A stretch of 64,000 nt of DNA. Origin: Tricharina praecox. Taxonomy: Eukaryota. This document shows positions 1-9,732 of this stretch, in pieces. A program made the position numbers and the translations under genes. The DNA lies in NCBI RefSeq assembly GCF_024521635.1, contig NW_026250418.1, forward strand, positions 496,001-560,000, read 5' to 3'. The notes under the pieces were generated by a model, which was not told the origin of the DNA, did no database searches, and worked only from the letters and a program-made list of their open reading frames with translations. Positions within the stretch are counted from its first letter, which is position 1, and every line of letters starts with the position of its first letter.

Positions 1-94
1 TAAATAACAATAGGGGAGGACAGAAATGGTATTGGATTCAAGCATTCCCGAGGTAAACCCCCGACTCAATGCACCAGCCCTCTCGCCCAGCCAG

Positions 95-673
95 CTAATG
101 AACCATAAGGCTCAGATCCTTGAGCCACCACTCCCAGCTGCCTCCGGCCCTACCCATCACATCGTTTCCACAACCCATCCTAACCATCTTGACCATCGAG
201 ATAACGGGGTCACATTTCATGCTGTTATTGGACTTGCCACACAGCGAGACATTGCCTCCCTTGTACTTCGCCAGCATGGTGCACTTGCTGCCGATCCCGT
301 TGTACTGGTGCCAGCGACAGCCCTTGCCGCTCTACGCCTTCTTAAGAGTCTTGATGAGTCCGTCGATCTACGAATAAGTCGGGGAGGCCCACGAGGTCTT
401 GCAGGTAAGCTGCTGGGCCTCGGGTCCCTGGAAGGGGTCGTCGGTATCGTTGGATGGAGTATTAATGGCGTCGTCGTCCCGGATCTTGAAGCGAGGGCTG
501 TTGACCAGATTGATTCTCGTCTCGTCGGTCTTGGAGGTGATGCCGCCGGAAGGGTCGAAGGTGGACGGAACCGCAGAGGTGGTGCCGCTGGAGGGGCCGA
601 AGGCGGTCGGAGCCGCCGAGGTGAAGACGGCGATCGTACAGAGGACCACCAAGATGTTGAGATAGATCTTCAT
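95..673 (-). pseudogene. Small secreted Cys-rich protein (effector-like), interrupted by two in-frame TAG codons
   Basis: ORF 673-368 starts with a signal peptide (MKIYLNILVVLCTIAVFTSAAP). The same frame continues through TAG at 370-368 and TAG at 334-332 into ORF 277-95, giving CKTSWASPTYS*IDGLIKTLKKA*SGKGCRWHQYNGIGSKCTMLAKYKGGNVSLCG...C...C...AGG with 6 Cys in the mature domain. Confidence 0.7.
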
Positions 674-1324
674 GTTGACGTTGGAAGCTATATCGATGGT
701 AGATAATGGTGGTGGGAAAAGGTTGTTTATGGTAGTAGATAGGGCTGATAGGGAAGAGAGGTGGGAGGGGGAGAGAGGGGAGAGGCGGAAGAAGGTACAT
801 AAAAAGATCGCGGTTTAGAATGACTTATTCCAATCCAACTTCGAGTGCTGCCAGGAACAACATCATCGATATCACTCGCACAGCAACACCTAGCGTCGAC
901 ACAGACGGCTACACGAGGGCAACTTAGGGTTGCCGTGAGTTAGGTGTAGTGCATCGAGAGGGCCAGGCACTTAATTTGCTTTCTTTCGGAGACGAGACAC
1001 AGCCAGGCTCAAAATTACCCGATACGGCAGAGACATCATCTATATGCAAGGCCAGTAATTTTAAGCTCAGAGCTCGAGTAGTATGTACTGTGGAAGTGCT
1101 GTTTGCTGTGACTGCTCACCGCCCCACCTTTGTCCTATAAAATTCGTTCTGCCCCTCCTTGCCGCTGAAGCAAACATCACCGCCAGCCAAGATATCACCA
1201 TCCCCCATCGCACTCCAACAAGCTCCACCCACACAAGCTTTCGATCACCAACCGGAGTCGACACCGACACCGATCTTTCGTTTCACTAGCCAACCATCAT
1301 TCTTCTTCTCCTCTCCACGCAACA

Positions 1325-2113
1325 ATGCGCGAAAGCCTCACTACCATGCCACCGGAGCTCCTGTTGATGATCATCGAAAACCTGCCGCGGTTGGGCAATG
1401 CGGTCAACCTAGCCTATACCTGCCGTCGATTCGGGTACCTGTACGAAGCGAATATCGGTACCATCGGACGTATGCTGCCCCCAAAGGACTCCGTCTTCGC
1501 CAACAACATCGGACGGAGCTTGTGGAAGGATGCGCTCCGGCTGCACGACCTCTGCCATGGTACGTGCAAGCTATCCGATATATCCACTGTCGGAACCCGA
1601 ACTAACCGCCTCCAAATAGGTGACTCCGGCATGACTAGAGGTGAAAGATACAGAGAGATGTTCACCACTGCGCGAAACGTTGCAACCGCAGCTCTGCGAA
1701 TCGAGAGGGTGCTTTGTCACAATCTTGGCCGTGTTAGCGATAAGTGTCGCCACCGTTCAATTCAGAAAGCGCTATACGATTACTTGTACGCTGTCAACAG
1801 CAGGGACATAGATCCGCTGTTGCAGGCTACGGTTCGCAAATCCCGCGACGGCGACCCCGATGTGCCTCGCAGTTACTCATCATTTCTTCGGATGGTTTGG
1901 AAGGACTGGGATGTGAGCTGGCGGATACCCAGAATGCCAGCCGAGGCGAGGCGATTAGTGAAAGAGTTCGAGGAGGCACACTATCCGGGAGGCCAGGGCC
2001 TGCTGGAACTGTATCGATCCGTTGATCAGGGAATCGAGCTCGCTTGTTATGAACTTGCGAAGCCAGACTGGTATGTATTCAATCTGTCTGAAATGGAAGT
2101 AGGCACCCTATAG
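1325..2113 (+). CDS. Hypothetical protein with N-terminal F-box-like motif
   Basis: 262-aa single-exon ORF with ACAATG context after a pyrimidine-rich leader. N-terminus SLTTMPPELLLMIIENLP...NLAYTCRRF fits the F-box pattern (LP.Ell..I...L.......L..tCR.f). Confidence 0.65.
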   Translation: MRESLTTMPPELLLMIIENLPRLGNAVNLAYTCRRFGYLYEANIGTIGRMLPPKDSVFANNIGRSLWKDALRLHDLCHGTCKLSDISTVGTRTNRLQIGDSGMTRGERYREMFTTARNVATAALRIERVLCHNLGRVSDKCRHRSIQKALYDYLYAVNSRDIDPLLQATVRKSRDGDPDVPRSYSSFLRMVWKDWDVSWRIPRMPAEARRLVKEFEEAHYPGGQGLLELYRSVDQGIELACYELAKPDWYVFNLSEMEVGTL

Positions 2114-3318
2114 TGGTATGTAACTGATCATGTGGACCATAATAGGTGCTTAGAGCTGATCACCCTATTTAAAAGTTAAAATACCCATGTAATGTCACAT
2201 AATGTCCTTTAAATGCAAATAGTTAGCAGCCGTGCAAAGGCCAATCATCTTCAAAATGACGAGGGCCGCTTGACTCGCGTTCTGTCCGATGGTTTTATTG
2301 CCTGTCTTCGCTCTGGTCAAGCTCTTGAGGTAGCAACCACAGAAAAAGTTGAGGGTTTGATTGGCGATTGAAGTTCGGCGTTGGGAAAACCGTTGCGCTG
2401 TAGGCTGTAGTTGTTGATGCGAGAGTGAGAATTGTATTGACGGACTACTATACATACCTTGTAAAGACAGTTTATGATATGGAAGTAAAAGAGAGTACAA
2501 AAGGACGTTATAACGAGCTAAACTAATCTCTTGGGGCCGAGGCCACAAACCTATGTAGCCACGGTGGCCTACCGCCGCTGGTGCTTCAATAGTAGTTACT
2601 TTTTCAATTCCGTGTTCACACTCTCGCCAAAATTCGCCCGTCAGATGACACCATCAAGCACTCGATCCACTTGGGCGGACTTGGTTTGATATGTGGATGA
2701 GTGGGTACAGTATACTAGGTATTCGACTGCCAGCGTATGGAACCAGGACAAGCAAGGGCACATCCCGAGCACATAGCGTTGGGCACGAGTACCGTATACA
2801 TCGAAGTGATCCCGCGAGTATGTCTCCGGTTACTACTACTTCACATCAGGCCCCTCGGTAGGTATCTTCCGTCCCGTGATCTGTGTTAGAATCGCTGGTG
2901 GGAGGGGGTTGAACGGACGTCTACTTCAGACCAGAAGGACGGAGCAGGTATCATCCACCCGTTATGCTTGTAAGACTTGGGGTTGTGGATGAAGTATCGC
3001 CGTGTTAGCCTAAGATTCGGTTTGCAAGGGCCAAACTTCCTGCAGAGTTAGGGTAGTAAGGAAACACATTCTAGACTTTGCTGGTTACATGTAGGTCGTT
3101 CTCTAGGAGATGTTTATTACGTGTCGATACTAGTCTTGAATTTACTCTGTGGCTCTAACAAAAACGAAACAGAAGACCGCACATGTTCTAATCATATCAT
3201 ATCACTCGCAACAGCCGCCATCCGGCGAATCGCAAACTCCAATTTGAATTCCACTATTAAGAAAATTCGACGCAAAAAGAGGCCTCAGTTTTACCAGTCC
3301 ATCAAATGAGTATGACGT

Positions 3319-4643
3319 TTAGTCCTGGTCCCTACCCACAATAAGGCCCTGCCTTGACCTCCCCACCCTCTCACCCAAGTCCATCTCACCAGCCTGTCGA
3401 TGAGCTTGATTCAAAAACTGTGCTCTTCCTCCATACTTATTATTGCGCATCCTAGCGTCCTCCTCAGCAGCCGCAGCCGCCTTCTCCTTCTCCGCCAGCA
3501 GTGCAAGACGCTTAGCACGGTCCGCGTCAAGGGAACTGGCATTGCTCTGCATCGCTGCCAGCTTCCGAGCACGCTCTGCTTCCTCGTCTGCAACGGAGTT
3601 CGAGGTGGCCTTGGCGTGGTGGCGAGGCGGAGATCTGTAGCGGGGACGGGGCGGAGGCGAGGGGCGCCGCGGAGGGGGCGAAGGTCGGCGATCGTTTTGA
3701 CGACGTGAAGAGTGCGGAGATGTGCGGTCCTGCTTCTCGTCGTCATGGCGGTGTGAGTGAGACTCTCCACGCTTCTCTGGCGTTCTCGATCGGTGTCGTC
3801 TCTCGCGAGAATCAGATTTCCTTGACCGCTCGCGCGAATCAGACCTCCTGGACCGCTCGCGCGAATCAGCTCTCTTGGTTCGTTCCCGAGAATCAGCTCT
3901 CTTCGTTCGTTCCCTCGACCGGCGACGATACTCCTTATCATCTCTGCCTTTATCCCGCCGGGGGCTCCTCGACCTATGTCTCCTCCTTGAGTGTGATCGT
4001 GACCTCTTGCGGTGATGTCTGTCCTTCTCGTCGCCGTCATGCCTGTGTCGATGTCTCCGTTCCTTCTTCTCCTTCTTGTCATCGACGCCCCTCGCCTCCT
4101 GTAGCTTCCGCCTCTTCGTCGGATCCTTCATGTACGCCTCCAACGCCTCCTGTTCCCTCCTCTTGATAGCCAGCAGCGGGTCGTCGCGCACCTTCGCCAC
4201 GATATCCCTCTGATTTGCCACGCCGGTGGGCGCCTTCAAAAACCCCTCCGTACCAGCATCTTTCTTGAGGATATCGTTATCCTTTCCGGTGAGCAAGCCA
4301 TCGATCCTCCTCCTGCCAAGCAACAGCGCCTCCATCTCCTCGCTCGTCCGATCCATCCCTTGCGCCGGCCCGCTGTACAGGAAGTCGACGCGGTCGAGAA
4401 CTTTCTTGCCGCCCGCTGCCTCCTGGATCTTCCGTAGCTCCTGCAGCTGCCGCTCCTCTTCCCGCTCCTTCTTCCATTGCTCCGTCCGTTTGCGCTCGTC
4501 GAGCGCGCGCTTTTCTTCCTCCCACACGCGCTTTTGGTTCTTGAGCAGCTGGGGGTGCCAGGACTTTTTGAGATTGAGATCCTGCTGGAGTGTTAGTACA
4601 CGCGCGGGACGGTATGGGATCGGGCGTGACTTACGCCTCCCAT
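3319..4643 (-). CDS. CWC25: Pre-mRNA splicing factor CWC25
   Basis: Exon 1 4643-4635 (MGG), intron 4634-4582 (GTAAGT...TACTAAC...CAG), exon 2 4581-3319. Gives [26 protein letters not shown], plus the RVDFLY and KVRDDPLLAIKRRE motifs and an RS-rich tail. Confidence 0.93.
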
Positions 4644-4933
4644 TTTGGATTGTGTCGGAGTTTAGGTGGGTTGTGGTTGTGGTTGTGGTTGTAGTGGTGG
4701 TCGTGGTCGTGGTTTGCGCAAGGTGTGTGTATGAAGCTTGAAAGCCGCTGTGGCATCGCCCCAGTAGAGTAGTTGTAGTTAGTCATGCCAAGCCACACTC
4801 GTCACGTGTACTATATAAAGTATGCGGGAAATTCAAGACTATCCAGAGATGTATATTTCCACGGTGACTCGCCATGTATGGAGAGATCCTACAGCCTTCT
4901 GCAGAAAATTAGAACTACGGCAAACGTCTATAA

Positions 4934-5092
4934 TGCCATAGTTTTTTGGCACCGTAGTCTAATATGCCATAGTTTGGAAGAAAATAAATAATCTAAAATG
5001 CCATAGTTTTTTTGTTCGACGTTTCAACCCCAGCACCACTTGAACCAACCACCACTTGAACCAACCACCACTTAAACCAACCACCACCACCC
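4934..5092. repeat. Short repeats: ATGCCATAGTTT x3 and ACCACTT(G/A)AACCAACC x3
   Basis: Direct repeats read from the sequence at about 4934, 4963, 4998 and 5035-5083. Confidence 0.7.
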
Positions 5093-5421
5093 ACCCCGCA
5101 AACCTACAGTGGCGAGCGATGGAAGAGATGTCGGTGAGAGGAGAAAGTTAAAGAGGACTCCTGTCGGCCTAGAGTTGGCAAAGAGCCCTCGTAAAACCAC
5201 CATCACTCAAACACCCGTCTACTTGCCAATGCCTCTCCAGACCGACAAGCGAGTCGACAGAAGGAGAACACACAAGGGGAGAGAGGATGTAGATGTTGGT
5301 CGTCTATTCTGTAGACGATGGGAGAGAAAGAAGAAGAAGAAGAAGGAGAAGAAGCAGACGAAGCAGACGACGGAGAGGGCAGGCGACTCGCTGGCCCCGC
5401 CAACGTTGATGCTCATTATAA

Positions 5422-5949
5422 GGCCCAGTTTGGTTCGCAGCTGCCAAACTCCCCTGGTGACCGTTCGGCAACCCAGATGTTCGACAGCACGCCACACTTT
5501 TTCTCTAACTTCGGGGCTAGTTACGCCAGAAAACCATAACTACATAGCTTTCTACAGCGGCGACGTGGCCCTTCCTGTCACTTAGGGGATGTCCCCTCAT
5601 ATCCCACAGCGGCGGCTCCCTCTCTGCGCCGTACCAGCAAGTGACTCCTCCTATCGACAGTCATAACGGAGGAACCGTAGAACGTGGCCGGTGTCGGACA
5701 TCGTAGGCGTAATGAAGAGGGACAATGGTGGGGTTGATTACGGGGGCGATGCTGGCATGTACTACTGGTGATTTTCTATAGAGTATATTTGTACTTACTG
5801 TGGCTCAGTCGACAATCTCCAGTTTCTCGAGTTATCAACTTGGGGTGGTGTGCCAAACAGGCACCCATTCGGGGAAGTTTATGGTTCGAAACTGCAGCTC
5901 ACTTTTTGTGTGGTAGATTCAAACTGCAGCTGCGAACCAAACTGGGGCC
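5422..5949. mobile_element. Non-autonomous TIR element (Tourist-like MITE, PIF/Harbinger type), 528 bp
   Basis: Left TIR GGCCCAGTTTGGTTCGCAGCTGC (5422-5444) and right TIR GCAGCTGCGAACCAAACTGGGGCC (5926-5949, one extra G). TAA lies directly outside both ends (5419-5421, 5950-5952). No long internal ORF. Confidence 0.8.
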
Positions 5950-6755
5950 TAAGAGTGCTACCTCTACAGAGTGAAGGCACCCTTCACATCGAGCCCCCCA
6001 GTCGATTCAAAAAGGGTCGCAGGAAGAGGATCATACATTATTGACTCGAGACGGCACCCGCGGTAATTGACTGAACATGTGCCGGAGTCAATCGCGGTAA
6101 TTGACTAGGCCTGTCCCAGAGTCAATCGGAGTCAATCACACTTCATTGGCCATGGCTTCTCATCAGAGTCAGCCTCTTTAAACCCTTCGAGCCCTCAGCC
6201 CAGTCCGGCGACGGTTATCGCCGCATACTGATTCCTCTGTCTGAGGCCCGGCTTCCTCATCGTCTATATGAGCTCGTTTTTCTTTATAAGCAGTCTTCTT
6301 TCTCATCTTTCTCGTATCAATACATCAATCGAGTTCAGTTCTTCTCTCAATTCCAACATGCAGTCTAGATTCCAAATCGAGTGATTTTTTGTGGTATGGT
6401 TGGTACGTACGTCTGGAGTGCTGTGCTCCTCCCACCATCAATTCGTTTCACATACCCTTTCTACTACCCAGTACCATAGGCTATGGCGAACCGAAGTGCT
6501 CGTGAACGATGATTTTGCATTGTAGAAAGTACGATGCCTGTGATATTCTATTTGATATCTATAATGAATCACTTTTACTCCTTCGGATCCTCACCACCAT
6601 TTCTACCATCAAAATCGGCACCCTCACATCCTCCCTCCATCTCCTCGCCATCCAGCTTCGCAAGCCGCGCCCACTTCTCGCCTCATATTACCACCCGCCC
6701 ACCCAGAAATTATCCGCCCCAACTCCACCGTGCACCATCACTCGCTCCATCACCA

Positions 6756-9021
6756 TCACTTCTCCAGATCCCTCACCGCCCCCTCCGTTGGCAGCGGGGG
6801 CAACCCCGCAATCCCCGCCCTCCTCTCCAGCCCATCCAATTTTCGAAAGCACAGGGAGAAGCCCACGGTGCCGAGCAGTAGCAAGACCGAAATAACGCCA
6901 TAATTCCACACGAGCAGCGGATCGTCACTGAGCGGGACAAACGCCTGTCCCGCGAGCGCCGCGATCGCCGTCATGCTCAGGTACACGGCGTACACGAGGC
7001 TGCGCATGTTCGTGGGCGCCTTTGCGAAGCAGTATTCCATTCCCGTCGTTACCGCCATCATCTCTGACAGCGCGATCAGCGAGAACGCCGGCGCTTGCAG
7101 CCATACCGATAGGGGCCCGGGTGGGCACGAGTTGGCGTGCACACCGCAGGGTCCCACGCTGTAGATGTAGTGCTGTAGCACTGCACACCAGATTAGTGCA
7201 AGTGCGGCCAGGAGGAAGCCAGTCGCCATCCGTCGTAGCGGACTGAAGTTGATGTTGTGGTCTCGGAGGAACGGGTACACAAATTGGTCGAAGAGTGGGA
7301 TGAACACGATTAGTGTGAACGGGTTGACGTTGCTGTAGAAGTCGTTGGGGAGCCCGTGCGTTTGCATCGTCGCCGCTTGGCTGGTTAGGTTGTGCAGCAT
7401 CTGGTTGTAGCCCAGCCCTGGGTACGGGTGTCAGTAAGGGTGGGACGGAAAGGGTGGAGGTGGAGGTGGACGACATACAGAGAACGGGGAACCAGGCCAG
7501 GACTTTGCATGCGCCGACACCGCGTGCGACTTCGTCCACCCAGCTGTCGTCAAAGGTCATCCATGCGGGACGCTGGTCCGGCGGGATGTTGCTGGGCTTT
7601 ACGCGCTCCCAGAGGAGGGGGTTTTTGAGGTTTTTGCAGCTGCGGGACACTCCATCAGCCCAGGTAGGTGCTTGCGGCAAGGACATGGCGCTTACGTTGT
7701 CACGGGGTTGATGGACCACTGCCCTTTCGTCGCCAGTCTCCACAGCCGGATCGCCTTCGAGAGGACGCTGCCGCTGGGCGGCGAGCGGACGTAGCGCTTG
7801 CGGCCCCACCACAGCACGAACGGCGAGGTGAGGAAGAAGCACAGTGGGATCGTGAACGCCAGCCAGAAGCCGACGTACTTCTCGGCGTAGACCATTGCTG
7901 CGGCATATCAGCGAATGCTAGGAGGAAGTCATGGACTGCGACGGACGGACCGGTTTCACCACTCACGGCGGCAACGTTCAGCATTAGGTAGAGGTAGAGG
8001 TATGAGCGGGAGACCGTCAGCTCCGGATCGATTATCACTCGTTTGCCGTCTTTGAGGACCTTGATGGTTGGTCGGGCGTCGGCACTCTGCTCGGCCATGA
8101 GTGTTCTGCCACCAGTCAGCACTCACCATCTGGTATCGGACCGAAGCCACGCACCCAACGTTCGCCTTGATGGACCCGGTTCCCAATCCCTACCGAGAAC
8201 GTATCAGTAAAAGCCGACGCTCACACCCCACCAGTCTCTTGTTCGGAACGCACAGTGACAATAATCCCCGTCATCAACAATGCCATCGACGACTTTCCAT
8301 TGACGATGACCACCGGGACCGAGGACAGAATGAGCAGCAGGTGTCCAACGATCGAGAGGAAGCACGCGTACAAAATGGTCGTGTACCGGCCCCAGTGTGC
8401 GTCCGCCATGTATCCTCCCACAAGGGGCACAAGGTACACCCACATCGAGTCAACTCCAACGTTCAGTCAGTACCTTCCTTCACCCAGCAGGGGGACGGGG
8501 GGTTAACCTACAAGTAGTGATAGCCGTTGCCAGCCTCTGTCCCAATCCCAGGGCACCGGACTGCCCATCAAACCCCGCCCCCGTCACCGAGCCTTCCGGC
8601 AAAGGCTGCTGAATGAAATTGACAACTGTTGACCACGATCAGCACTCCCTCTCTTTCCAGATCCTACCCTGCGATCGAGAAACAGACACACAGAAATCGT
8701 CCCACAAAACGACAGATGTTCGCACATCTCCACAAACGCGATGGTGTGCGCCGTCAGGGGCAATCTTCCGGGCACCCTGGGAAGCGTAGCGAGCTCCTCC
8801 TCCGTCGGCTCGGTGGGGTCTCGCTGCTCTAGCGTGGCCTCGCTCTTGACATCGACCGGGGCGGAGGGCGTCGAGTATACGCTCGAACTCGCTTCCGAGA
8901 CCACGTCTCGCTGCTCGACGCCCCGGGATGCCATCTTGTCGGTGTATACGCTCGAACTCACTTCCGAGACTACATCGCGCTCTCGCTGCTCGAGGTCGAG
9001 GTCGAGGTCCCGGGATGTCAT
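6756..9021 (-). CDS. PTR2: Proton-dependent oligopeptide transporter (POT/PTR2 family), multi-exon
   Basis: Manual splicing gives an intact frame with VNFIQQPLP, GALGLGQ, PLVGGYMADAHWGRY, GLGTGSIKANV, MVYAEKYVGFWLAF, FDDSWVDEV, YNQMLHNLTSQA and LSEMMAVTTGMEYCFAKAPTNMRS. Seven short introns inferred. Confidence 0.9.
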
Positions 9022-9724
9022 GATCGGTGTCGCTGCGATGCTCTAGGTACTCTGTTCTGCTCTGCTGCTGAGAGGGGGTGTGCTGAGGAGGAATCCTGCG
9101 GATAGAGCGACACTTAAACACATTGTCTTAAGGTTTTTTTTTTGGCCGATGTTTAAAATTCTGCTGGAGGAGTCTGGTCGTTTTAAACTTCGGAGATGGG
9201 TGAGGCCGCTATCTATAGTCTCGACTAGAAGACTTTTTTATACCTTTTGGCGCGAGGGAGGGAGGGCAGCATGCAAGAGACGGCAAAATTCAGCGACCGG
9301 AGAGGCTTACAGCCTGTGACTCGATGGAAGCAACCGAGCGTGTCCATCCAGAGCTGCTTGCGAACCATCTACAGGCTTCCATGATGTTTTACGGAGCCAA
9401 TGATGCGAGTGATGGACAATGTATGGATATCTAAATCTCTTCATCCTACTCCTCCGGATGCACCTCTCTTTCTCTACTTCTCGTGCTGGCCGCTCTTTGA
9501 CCGTGATGTGATGCTGGATATCAGGCTCAAATACCTCCTATGCACTAGCACTAGCACGAGCACAGTCCGCCGTCCTTAAGTTTTAACTTTGCAACTTTTC
9601 ACCCGGGCTCACTGTTCCGATCACGTGGGAGAATGAGAATCCGACGTGATGCTGCAGAGTTTGGTATGGCAACTCTTAGCCTTTAAGGTTTCATGGCTGA
9701 AATGTGAGGAAGAGACGCATTTCA

Positions 9725-9732
9725 ATGACTCA
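9725..9732. promoter_or_regulatory. Gcn4/CpcA-type site ATGACTCA about 700 bp upstream of PTR2
   Basis: Matches the TGACTCA core. A single short motif, so it could be chance. Confidence 0.3.

Noticed and set aside
332..370. TAG reassignment, or an intron removing the two internal stops
   Set aside because: TAG is the normal terminator of ALT1, MTAP, the esterase and the F-box gene. The only obvious GT..AG (371-332, 40 nt) shifts the frame and loses the Cys motif.
26..706. 226-aa plus-strand ORF
   Set aside because: Antisense shadow of the secreted-protein gene, with no recognisable features.
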